Under the pieces are notes generated by a model, which had not been told where the DNA came from, searched no databases, and was given only the letters and a program-made list of their open reading frames with translations. A stretch of DNA of 63,933 nt, the filler included, from Rhabdomonas costata (Eukaryota), in NCBI GenBank assembly GCA_019059605.1. It is 31 parts of 31 records of this genome, joined end to end, with 100 filler letters (N's around TTAATTAATTAA, not from the genome) between each part and the next. Parts side by side here need not be neighbours in the genome. Positions count along the whole stretch, not along the records: positions 49,596 to 51,559 come from JAHMHO010006924.1; positions 51,660 to 53,623 come from JAHMHO010006925.1; positions 53,724 to 55,687 come from JAHMHO010006926.1; positions 55,788 to 57,750 come from JAHMHO010006927.1; positions 57,851 to 59,814 come from JAHMHO010006928.1; positions 59,915 to 61,869 come from JAHMHO010006929.1; positions 61,970 to 63,933 come from JAHMHO010006930.1; 24 more parts are not named here. One strand, given 5' to 3'. The translations under genes were made by a program, and so were the position numbers. Of this stretch, positions 51,301-62,161 are shown piece after piece (position 1 is the stretch's first letter; every line of letters begins with the position of its first letter).

Positions 51301-52740
51301 GGAGGTGAAGGTACTGGATTTGAGGCATTCTCCTCAGCCGCCTCGCAACAAGCAACAAGTCAAAACCCACCGACTCTGCTCCGCACGTACCCCTTACGTG
51401 TTCACTGGGACTACCTTTCTCAGTTCAGTGGCCATGCCATCCAGAGTCCCTCTTGTGAACTGGCCTGTTTTTCTGCAGGCATATCTATACACCAATCGCT
51501 CGTCCTGAGTGCAGTGCTCCCCCTCCCTTCGTTCGTCCGCGCTATGTTGGTCATCAGCGNNNNNNNNNNNNNNNNNNNNNNNNNNNNNNNNNNNNNNNNN
51601 NNNTTAATTAATTAANNNNNNNNNNNNNNNNNNNNNNNNNNNNNNNNNNNNNNNNNNNNTTTTTGTTTTTCAAAACGTTTCTCAAACGCTCAAAAAATTT
51701 ACGTTTTATTATTTCCTCTTTTGCGACTTCAGGAATGTGAATTTCACCTTCACGTACACACCTGAAAAGTCTTTGCTGCCATCAATGCTGGCGACCGAGA
51801 GATTAGGTACAGCCTGAAGCAGTGCGGATACCACGTCGGGGCTTCTGACACCCTGCATCAAAAGTGTCAAATATGGACCTCCAAAGAGTTCCTGCGAAAA
51901 ATATAAGGTCGCAAAAAAAGCGGAGCTCGCATTTTCCCTTCATTTTACAGCTGGCAGGGACTGGCTTTTTCTTTCAATGCGATGGGCCGTCCTCAGCCAA
52001 AATCCCCCCACAGAATTGTGTCATTGAGCAAAAGACGAACGCACCCACGCATCCACCCACACAAATGGAATAAACAGGAAATTGTTCGTAATATCGTCCA
52101 GGTCATTTTTTGTTGCATGAACCTTCGGTTTTAAAGAAGGTTGGCAGCATTAGAATTTGGCTGGTCTGTTTTCGTGGTTCTGCCAGCACTGTGTGTTTAC
52201 AATTTCCAATTTTGCTCATTCAAATTAATGTTGGTTCATAATACAAAAGAGTCCAATGCGACATTGAAGTATTCACACAAGCTTGCCATGAACTCGGACG
52301 CACAAGAATCGTAATCCGGTTCACACACCACATCGGCCCAATGACGAATGTCCCTCAGCTTCTCGGAAGGAAAGAAGTTTTTCACCACGTCAGGCAGCGA
52401 GAATGACAATCGCTATAAAAAACACACGGCACATGACCATACAGCTGGACGCACGAAGCTTTTGTGACGCCACCATATTCATTGTTTTTCACTCCCTCGT
52501 TGTGGCGCCCTGAAACGTTTTCACGTTTTCTCAGGCACCTGAAAAGCCTTTTTCGCGCGATGTTACGTCAGTTCGGTGTCTGCGCTTTTGCAATAGCAGC
52601 TTCTGTTCTTGCAAACCAGCGAATTCTGGATGTGCTCTTAGGACCGACTTCTTCAAGTGAAAAAACCCAGGAAAAAGACCGCGCTGCACGGATTGGAGGC
52701 GGAGGGATGAGCAGAACTAGCCTGCAGTGAAACATTCAAC

Positions 52741-52987
52741 GGGTGCTGGTCGTCAAAATGCGTGTCCCCAGAACGGGGGCCGGAAGAGCGGGGCCTGAAC
52801 AGCGCTCCACAGCTCGCGCATCGGGACCAGTGCTGGCGCTCTGGTGCCTTCGAAGTGGGGACAGTAGTAATGGGCAATGCCTCACGCAACGCTGAGCCAC
52901 ACAAGGGACAAAGCCCGGGCGCACAGCTGCCGTGAGCAGGTGATGAGCCCACAGAGATGGCCCCGCGACGCGACGCTGGATTCGGAG
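52741..52987 (-). CDS. probable exon with a C4 zinc ribbon
   Basis: ccgcag|CT...; CPLCG-x~20-RCASCGALF. Confidence 0.45.
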
Positions 52988-54114
52988 CTGCGGGAAAGAA
53001 GAGAACCACAGAAGAAGCAAAGAAATGTGTGTTCGCATGATGCCTCATTTCCAGCCAACCTTCGGTGGTTGTGTCAAACCCGAAATTAATTCGGGTTTTT
53101 GCCCTGGGATTTCTGGTCCTCACGGTAACTGAATATTTTTGTTAGTCCTGTGAACACTTAAAAATCCCAAAAACCAAGGAACCTGTTGCCGTTGTTAACT
53201 TCAGGAGAAAATTGTGGGCAAGTGTACAGAAACAACAGAGAAAGACTTGCATCAAACGAATTTTGGCAACATAAAGAAAAACTCAATTTCAAAATCAGCA
53301 ATGCTGTCCGACCATCAACCCCACACACCACAACCACTCCATGCTACCCAAACGCGCGCACATCTTCCAACTCTGCTCCCCCAAAACAAATGAAGGAGAA
53401 CCAAATTATCAAAAAAATTTGGATTAAGTCCTGTAACATCCCGAGTGCCTGACATTTCGAGCAGAACTTTTTAGCTTATTTATGCTGTTCCTGTGATGCA
53501 CTCAGTTCAAAGTGTTGCTGTACTAGGTACTTAGTATTTTACCTGAATTTCATCACGGCAATTTCGAAGAATTGGTTCTGGTGTGCGGTGTGCACTCACT
53601 CTGTCTATGTTTCTCACAAAAAANNNNNNNNNNNNNNNNNNNNNNNNNNNNNNNNNNNNNNNNNNNNTTAATTAATTAANNNNNNNNNNNNNNNNNNNNN
53701 NNNNNNNNNNNNNNNNNNNNNNNTTTGTTGGTTGCCATCCGCATCCGAGCATCCCTCTGACCCGAGTGCGGGTAGACCCTTCGGTGGCATGCGGTCGTGC
53801 AGTCACATTCCCATTGCTGAGAAAGACATCATAGTTATGGGCAGGATGGGAGGTGGTTTCCTCAGTGACAGCTGTGCCTACAAAAGAGGCCGAGGTCCTT
53901 GAGGGTTGTCTGTGACGTCTGCTGTCCGGGCAGCTGTTTCTGTGATTCCCCGACCCAGCATGCCTTGACCTGTTATCGGAGCCTCAAAAGGACCCCCGCA
54001 AACCCGCAAAGGAGGGAGAGGGGCTGCTCCAAGGGAAGCGGGAGCTGTTACTGGAATTTTTTTTCGCGCTTTAGCGCTAAGTTTATCTGAAAGGTGGCAT
54101 CGGTTCTGTTTCAG

Positions 54115-54309
54115 CTGCTCACCAACGCGGGCCGGGAGTGCCTCACCAGCGACCCCACGGGACAGGGCTTCCCGTGGCGAGGAGTGCGGAAGAGCCGCCT
54201 GACAGAGTTTGTGCAGACGTACAACGTGTACCTGTGGATTCTTCTGATTGTGGTGGGGAGATGGGTGGTGACCTGGATTTGGGAGTTCTTGTGCTGGCTG
54301 TGGCGGTGA
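54115..54309 (+). CDS. tryparedoxin/nucleoredoxin-like thioredoxin C-terminus with transmembrane tail
   Basis: LLTNAGRECLTSDPTGQGFPW matches the family end motif (T..GR.....DP.G..FPW) and is followed by hydrophobic VYLWILLIVVGRWVVTWIWEFLCWLW. Confidence 0.72.
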   Translation: MLTNAGRECLTSDPTGQGFPWRGVRKSRLTEFVQTYNVYLWILLIVVGRWVVTWIWEFLCWLWR

Positions 54310-56227
54310 GAGCTCAGCACAGAAGACCCTCTCCATACCTGCTCCATTCGCTCTGCTTTTGGCATCGCACGGTGCGGAGTTGGTCTGAGATGAACGAAGG
54401 GAGGTAGACGTGGGGAGGAGAGGTTGTGGTGAGTCTTTGATCCCTCACTACTGCCATTACTCAGCTGCACTATGGTGGTGATCCGCGTTCTGCAGCGCCC
54501 ATTGCTTGCACACTGAGTACCTCCTCTTCCGTGTCGCGTCGGCAACTGCAACTTCCAGTAACTTCTTGGCGTGTGCGACGGGCCCTCTCTTTGTACAAAG
54601 CAGGAAGGGAGGTTTTTATATTTCCTGCTCCCAGTCTTCTGCTGGCCATGCTTTTTGTGGGCGCACTGGTTAACCTTGGGGCCACATGGTCAGCAATACA
54701 CCACCATTCACCATGACACTTCGAGCTTGTGCTGGCTGACATTGTGTGTGAATGGACTTGTATACCTGCTAATTCCGTGCAGGAACCACCCAGAAAACAT
54801 CTTACAGTGCATGGCTGTGCTAACAGCCCCCAGCTGCCATTTTTTATTTCATGTCTGCACAACAGTGCCATGCGGAAGATCTCTCCTTCCTCCCTTCCCT
54901 CCTGCACGCTGCAAGTTAGGCGTCACTCTCCACCCACCGCCCTTGCAGTTCTATTCTGGAGTGTCCCGGTTCAGTCAAGTTTGTTTTTTTTGAAGCTAGG
55001 AATACAATGCCCACAAAGAAAAGGGCGAGTGTGCCCAATGTTTTCCTTTGTTGTTCGTCTCTTTCTTGTTCAGAGTTGTGTGGAGTGAACCCCGCTTTCG
55101 TTTTGGGATTCTGCTGCCTTCACCCCCCGCTCCATTTCCGTCGATTTTATTCGGGGAAAGTCAGGAGACCGGTGGCGAGAGCTGGTGCATAGGAGATGGC
55201 GGTTGGGCAGACTCCCGAGGGCGATGGCTTACCTGCGGAGTCCTTCCCCGAACCGGCACTGAAGCAGCTCCTGACGGAGCTTTCATCCCGGTAGACAGTG
55301 CCACCAGCGCTACGCTTTTTTTTTGTGTCTGCTCTGCATGTGCCAACTCTGGTAGTGCGCAGGCTCTTGCCCACGTCTCCTCGTATTTTTGGCGAGGTAA
55401 GGTGAGGATTTATGAAATTTTTTTTGAGTTTATGGTGCTCTGAGATTTTTGCCGGACTTGGACAGGTTTCTGATCCTCTCTACTATGACTTACCTATCTG
55501 TCACGTACCTATTACTCTTTCGATATCTACTGTGACTTCTCTTGCTTCTTGAGGTTGAGTTGCGCCCGGTTTTTTCTTGTGTGTGCTTAGGTGTCTTCTT
55601 GAATCGCCACCCGTCCATCCTTTTCCATACCTTCCTCTTGATGTGCACACTTTTGTGCGCCTCCCCACTCACCACCCCACCCCACCCNNNNNNNNNNNNN
55701 NNNNNNNNNNNNNNNNNNNNNNNNNNNNNNNTTAATTAATTAANNNNNNNNNNNNNNNNNNNNNNNNNNNNNNNNNNNNNNNNNNNNCAATGAAAAGCTC
55801 GTCTGTCAGAGAGCATCGAGAGAACCGATGGGAGGGGGAGGGACACACCACTCGCTTGGTGCAAGCAAAGGGCATGAAAGGGCATATGGAAAAGTGGACA
55901 GGTCGCGGAGAAAGTAGGGTGTTGTGATTCGTATCTCAGTGTGCTGAGTGGGCTGAGCGGACGGAATGGTCATCCATATTGACCAGTTAGAGCATCAGTA
56001 CAATCCACCGACAACCTCAACTTCAATGTCACTCAACTCTGGAGCTAGCTCAGCGCAGCAAAGAAACCCTGCAATTCTCAAGCATCCACTGATGGCATTC
56101 GAAACTCGGTCACTGAACGTTACCGAAAGAAAAAAAATGTCAAATAAAACTGACTATGTTCGAAAAATGGGCTTCTTCAGCTCCATTTGCCCCCACCCCC
56201 TCTCTTCTTCTTCCGCAGCACACCGAC

Positions 56228-57341
56228 TTTTCGCAGCCCATAACGCGTAGCTCGACCAGCAGCTCCCCGTTCTGCTTTCTGAGACTCTCGTTCTGAATCG
56301 CGAGCTCGCGCATTTCTGAGCTGAGCAAATATGTGCAAGTAAGGGGAGAAACAAACGCTTCTTAACCAAAATTGCAAGCCTCTCTCATTGCCCGTGCCCA
56401 TGCTTCCTCGCAGGAAGTTCACTGATTGCAGCGCGGATTCCAGATACACACAACACCAAGAAAACTTGGAGAGAGCCCGTGGGCCCTCCGAAATCAGGGT
56501 TTCTGTGGTTTAGTTTTTTTTTGGGGGGGGTGCTTTGCCACTCAGCATTAAAAGGTCCAAATCACAGTGAAGGCATCGCACGGCCCAGAGATAAAAACGT
56601 ACCGAGGCAAAAACACTGACAAAAAGAGTACTTTGAAGATAGGAGGTCGGCCTCCAAGGAGCTCAACCGCTCCATGGCCCCCTGCAGCTCGCTTCTGGAG
56701 GACTCCGCCTCTGCAAGAGCGGCAGCGAGCTGGGACTGAGCCCCCTCCAGCTCCTGCCTAGCCACAGAAAGCAGCTGCCCCTCTTCCTCCTGCTCCTCCA
56801 CGTCACGGGAGTACGGAACGACTGCCTGCGCAGTACACAGAAGCACTGATGATGCATTAGGGAATTAGTTGTTGGATGAAACAGATTATTAAACATCGAT
56901 CAAGCACAACACGACGGAAAATACGAAGTAAATTTAATTGAACAATAATTTAATAGAAGAAAGGTTATCATAAAATCAGAACGCGACTAGGTGAAGATCC
57001 ACCTTGCGGTCGTTACTGTAAATTAAAAATGTAATAAGACCACAGCTGCTTCTTTGAAAAGCCGACAAGCGGATCGGGGATGACTCGTTTACGGGGTTCA
57101 GGCATGGCGAAATCGGGGGAAACTCACTGGCGAAAGGACGAAATCATCAGCAACTCTTCCAATAAATTAAACTGGATTGAAGGTTGAAAGCAACTGAAGA
57201 ACAATTGAACCACATACTAACCGAGCGATCCTCTGTGGCAGCAAGCTGCAGAGACTGTTGCAGACCGGCCACCTGGTCTAGGAGCATCTCCTTCTCCTGT
57301 ACCAGGGCGGCAATGACGCGCTGTGAAGTTTCCGTGTCGCC
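56228..57341 (-). CDS. coiled-coil protein, internal exons
   Basis: Exons 57341-57222, 56825-56632 and 56320-56228 splice in frame (GT-AG); E/Q/L/A heptad composition. Confidence 0.75.
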
Positions 57342-57887
57342 CTGCAAGGGAGAAAAAATTTCGGAAAAGATCGTATGGTTAACAATGCCACGCACATCCA
57401 CCGCCAACCTTGTATCCATACAGATGATTTCTGCCCAATGTCTGCATGCAAATATCGAAACCCCGTTTAAGATTGAAAACAGGGGGCATGTTTCATATTC
57501 TTTTCTGAAGACACAAAGGCTACAAAATCTTCGTGCAGCCACAACCTCTTGAACCGATCCAGGAAAGGGGGAAGAGCTGTGGGTGGAAAAGGGGTAACAC
57601 AAGCTGGCCTACTAAACCCGAAAAACGATCAGAGGAGAGGGACATTTTGTTACATTGCTGCCATTGTTTCACTAATAATTCCTTTTGTTCTTTTTTCTCG
57701 CCTCACGTGACGTGAGACGAAAGAACAACCACAGAAAAAGACACACCACCNNNNNNNNNNNNNNNNNNNNNNNNNNNNNNNNNNNNNNNNNNNNTTAATT
57801 AATTAANNNNNNNNNNNNNNNNNNNNNNNNNNNNNNNNNNNNNNNNNNNNGTGTGGGTGTGTTTGGGGGGTGGGGGGGGGAGTGCAC

Positions 57888-58713
57888 ATGGTCATCCAGC
57901 TTGCAGATCTTCTTCACGGTGCGGGTGTCCTGAAGCTTGGAGGCGGCCTTACGCTCCACTGCCAGGACGACACAGTCCTTCCCCCGAATCGCCACCGCAG
58001 TGGCCCCTGCCCCACACAGGAGTAAACCAAAAATTCAAGCCTTGCTGTTCTTCATCTGGCATTTTTATTTGTTTTTGCACTTTCTTTTGCGCGCTGGTAA
58101 TATTGTGGGACTGGCATTTTTGCATCAAAATGTAAGTGAGCATGCACTATTTTAGTTGCTACAAAAACGACGGTTGTAGCCACAGGGAAATGCGAGACAG
58201 AGAGAGAGAGAGAGAGAGAGGGCGAGAGAGGCAACGCAAGTGGAACAGGGCTCCATCATTTCGTCTATCCTACCCGATTGCCCCTGCCCAAGCTCGCAAC
58301 AGGCATGCCAACTTTTCCTTCCTCGAAACATGGCCCATTGCTCAAGATAATTCTGCCCTTCTAAACGTATGTTTTGCAAACTCAATGGACTTCGCGGTCA
58401 ATCCCTGCCACAATTGGAGTAAATACACATTAACATCAAAGGTAGACATTGGGTGGAAATTGAAGATCTCTCACTTTCGCCTGGGGAAACAGGGATCTCC
58501 ATTTTTTGTGTTAAGTTTCAAATTTTTTTTTTGAGAATTCTGCTTTCGCATTCGTACGAAAATATGGGATCCCGATAGAGTTGAAAAACGCGGGTGGTGA
58601 GGGGGGAGGGAGGGAGGACACGAGCCTTTCTTCACCGCCTCCATGGCGTACTCGACCTGAAGCAGGTGGCCATCAGGCGAGAACACTGTCAGGGCGCGGT
58701 CGTAGCTCGGCAT
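57888..58713 (-). CDS. PSMA7: 20S proteasome subunit alpha-4 (alpha type-7), 5' part
   Basis: Exon 58713-58626 ([29 protein letters not shown]) and exon 58006-57888 ([40 protein letters not shown]). First intron is GC-AG. Confidence 0.97.
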
Positions 58714-60013
58714 CTGGGGTGGGAATCGGCTGGGGAAACAATGCCCACCGCTGCTGTGCGCCTTCCGGGGTTACTTTGCACTTTGTCTTTCTTTTAGAAA
58801 CAGAGAGAAAAGCAAAAACTGCGATGGGAGGAGGTGCGTATGACAGCAACTTCAACCAAAGATCGAGCCCATGATCACGGGATATTTTTTTCATCCCCCT
58901 CCCCCCATGCAAAACTCATCTGCCCAGGCCTTAGGGCTTGAAAGCGCTACAAGTACCTTCTCAACATTAAAGGCAACTTTGTTTCACCTGATCGTGTCAA
59001 ATGAGATGTTCCGAAAAGCAGCTCCAACGAGCATAACGAGACATTTCCTCCGTCGGCAAGTAAAGGGAAAAGTCTCAAGAGTGTTGACATTCCCAGGAGG
59101 ACAATTGAATCTCACCCCGCTATGGGCATCCAATCACACCTCCACACAATGCTGATGAAAAAGCTGATGAAAAAAATTCAAAAGTGTCCTGGTATCAATG
59201 CCTTCTTCAGGAAGTGCTGTTGTTTACCGTGCTGCATATCGACTCCCGAAGCAACGTGAGATGGCCATCACGCGAAGGTTGGCGAGTGTGCAACACCCCT
59301 GCACAAAGTCAAAGGGCTCTATCTCCAGAGAGGCACGCTGAAACCCGCAAACACAAAAGCCGAGGGAAAGGAGGTATGGTGCCCCTCATATTCAAGGAAA
59401 GGGCACCCCTGTTAACAGAATACATCCAAAAAGGGGACCCATGGAAGTCGGTCGGAGTCGCAGAGCTGTCCCTCTCGACACGCTGCCGTAATGGCACACT
59501 ACTTTTAATACATGGTGCTCCATTACTTCCGAAAACACCAACCCCCATCCCAATCATCCTACAGGTAAATCACTACTGGACTGTTTTCGAGTGAAACTTT
59601 TGTGCTGGAATATGGGGAGGGGCTTTCAACCTAAAGCTTGGGAACAGGAACACGGGATATACGTGAGAGCTCATTACACCACCCCATACCAGCTCGTTTC
59701 AATGCCTGCTGCTATCACCGGCAAACTTCCCCAATAAAGCAGTGCTAACAAGCGAGAGAGACAAGAAAGGGCCAAGTCCAGCTATACAGCACACCCCCCC
59801 CAAACACACCAACANNNNNNNNNNNNNNNNNNNNNNNNNNNNNNNNNNNNNNNNNNNNTTAATTAATTAANNNNNNNNNNNNNNNNNNNNNNNNNNNNNN
59901 NNNNNNNNNNNNNNCTGAGGTCCCGACCTACAGTGGTCTCAGCGGCCGCGGGGATAAATCTCATCTGGCGACGACTATACTCACGAGCTGCCTCAGAAGC
60001 CAGCTTCACTGCC

Positions 60014-60470
60014 TCACACTAGGTTGCAGCCGTGCCAGGGGTGGGGTGGCCATCTAAGAGGAGGGGGGCAGAGGTGCCGGTGCCGGTGAACAGCCTCGCT
60101 CGGGTCCAAGACGAGCACGTCGGAGCGAGAGTCGCTTCCCACCGGTTGATACGGCTGCAATGCCAGCCCGTTTGTATTCCACCGCCAACGCCTCCCGCAG
60201 CAGGTTGTGCCGAGCGTGCACGCCGCACGCAGAGCAGGAGAGCGCGTGGTGGGAAGACGTCCTCTGGAGAACCACAACCTCCGCAGACTCGGCCAGAAGA
60301 GAAGGGAAGTCCAAGGCGAAAACGCCTGAGCGCCGCACTGAAGGTCGGACAGCCGTCATACTCCAGTGGCAGATTCGTCACCCAAGCCCGAGAACAAAGG
60401 TTGCGGAGACGCTCAAGGCGGTCGCAAGCTTCGCGGTCGAATCGCTTGGCAAGGGCTTCATGCACTGTGG
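60014..60470 (-). mobile_element. decayed CRE/SLACS-like non-LTR retrotransposon fragment (CCHC knuckle + RLE start)
   Basis: AWV..LP...F.AALR.FRLGLP...CGGCG..D / HALSC...RHNLLREAL...AGI / P...RSDVLV is spread over three frames (two frameshifts). Confidence 0.8.
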
Positions 60471-61000
60471 TTCTTTTCTTCTGTTCCAAGGCGGAGCAAG
60501 GGCAACCCTTTTTTACTTTCTGTTTTTCTTGCTCTGACGTTTAATTATGTTCAGCCGGGCGCGCATCCTTGCCGTTGTCAAGGTTGTGGTGCGTCGGCGG
60601 TTCAAGCCCCACAGCCTTGGAGGGGAGGGTCACAAAGCCCTTCTCAACCTGAAGCAACATGTATGCTCCCTGCCCTGTTGTCCCATTCCTTGTGAAAGAA
60701 AATAGAAAAGAGGTTATTGTCTTGTCAAGTGTTCCCCCAAAGGCAATGTCTTGCGAGGGTCCTGCTACTTTTTACCTTTCATTTTTTAATGTCGCGACCG
60801 AGTATTTACTTGAGCGTATGCGTGGCGGGGGGAGGGGTTAAACAGTGCAACGGCCCAAAAGGAACCATAGTGCCAACAAAGCACACTAAGGAGTTCAGAG
60901 TTTTAGGAAAGTATTTCGTGAGAAAGACATATCAGAGCATGACGTCATGGTCCAGATTGCAGTGAAGTGAGCAACCCTTTTCCCACTCACTGCACTGTAG

Positions 61001-61183
61001 GCCCTGACGAAGCCCGGGTTCCTGTCGTCTGAGGTGCTGAACAACGTCAGTGACTACCACGACCAGCTCCTGATCACTCAGTGGGAGACCATCGCGTCGT
61101 GGGAGGGCTTCCGGGACGACCCTGTTCGGATCGCCCTGCACGCCAAAATTATGGAACATCTCGCGGAACCCGAAAGTATCAAG
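61001..61183 (+). CDS. ABM (antibiotic biosynthesis monooxygenase-like) domain exon
   Basis: ctgtag|GCC: PGFLSSEVL...LLITQWETIASWEGFRDDPVRIALHAKIMEHLAEPESIK; probable GC donor AAG|gcatgc. Confidence 0.75.
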
Positions 61184-61969
61184 GCATGCGAGACGGCGCA
61201 GTTGTGTGCCGATTTTGAACATGAAGAGGGGCTTGTATCCGAATGTGGAAAATGTGGGAAACGATGCGTTTATTTGTTCCATGGGATCCAGTAGAAAGTC
61301 TGATCAAGTCTTCCCAGCCTTGACAATTTACATATTTTTGAATGAAGCTTTTCAGTTGAAAGATAGAAAACAATAATTTTGTGAGCTGTATTCTCTCTCT
61401 TTTTTCTATTATATCTCGGACAGGGCTTAATCCACAAGGCTCAAAAAATCACAGAAACTGGGGGCAGGGTCGCGTAAATGCCCCCTTCAATGAACTCCAC
61501 AAGTTGCTGCGGTGATGATGGGTTTGTTCACACTTTGTTCTTCGCGGCGCCCTTGTGAGACTACTTCTCTTTAGGCTCTGTTCAATTGCTTTATGCTCCC
61601 GTCCAGGGTTTGATGGCACCTTCCATCATATTAACAGTTCAACCACCTTACTCACCACCACCCATCTCATGCCCCTGAAGTGGGGGTAGTCCGCCTGGAC
61701 TCCACGCACCATAAAAAAGCGTGCCATACAGGGTGATTTGGAGCCCTCTCCCGATATTTTTCATGTATGAACCATTTTTCATGAAATTTTGGAATCTAAT
61801 TGACATCTCTTGGAAGAGCGCCCACAGAAAGCGAGAAGCTGATTGGCGAATGCAAGACCAACCAAACCCNNNNNNNNNNNNNNNNNNNNNNNNNNNNNNN
61901 NNNNNNNNNNNNNTTAATTAATTAANNNNNNNNNNNNNNNNNNNNNNNNNNNNNNNNNNNNNNNNNNNN

Positions 61970-62161
61970 AGCCGAAACCCTCCTCCGGCAATCATTGGAA
62001 GTACATCGGGAGCCAGGCTTACCTCTGTGCTCTGCAGGCTTCATGGCGGCCCCACAGCTAGGACATTCATCCACTGCACCCATAATCTTGTACTTTGCCA
62101 TCCATTTTCTACGTTTTCCTTCGTCACTGGCAATTTCCAACACGTCGTAAAGCGACAACAT
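61970..62161 (-). mobile_element. Merlin (IS1595/ISXO2-like) transposase N-terminal zinc-ribbon region, truncated by contig end
   Basis: MLSLYDVLEIASDEGKRRKWMAKYKIM...CPSCGAAM...RCTSNDCRRRVS matches the DE....WL...L...C..CG..M...RC....CR...S pattern. The DDE domain is not in the window. Confidence 0.65.

Larger units (their letters stand above)
1968..61969. other. 30 artificial contig-joining linkers (N44-TTAATTAATTAA-N44); window = 31 concatenated ~1.96 kb contigs
   Basis: Identical 100-nt linkers start at 1968, 4034, 6100, 8166, 10239, 12305, 14392, 16458, 18524, 20590, 22654, 24719, 26784, 28849, 30914, 32978, 35042, 37106, 39171, 41237, 43303, 45367, 47432, 49496, 51560, 53624, 55688, 57751, 59815 and 61870. 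TTAATTAATTAA puts stops in all six frames. Confidence 0.99.

Noticed and set aside
57851-57880. GTGTGGGTGTGTTTGG-like and CCAAACACACC-like motifs at many contig ends (e.g. 12405, 37088, 45467, 59800)
   Set aside because: They resemble the G/T-only universal primer of GenomePlex-type amplification and are not telomeres or element termini.
1968-61969. Regular ~2.06 kb periodicity, and near-identical repeat units of 1838 and 1839 bp in two contigs
   Set aside because: Both follow from size-sorted contigs joined by linkers. This is not a CRISPR array, minicircle set or nanochromosome system, and neighbouring genes are not linked.
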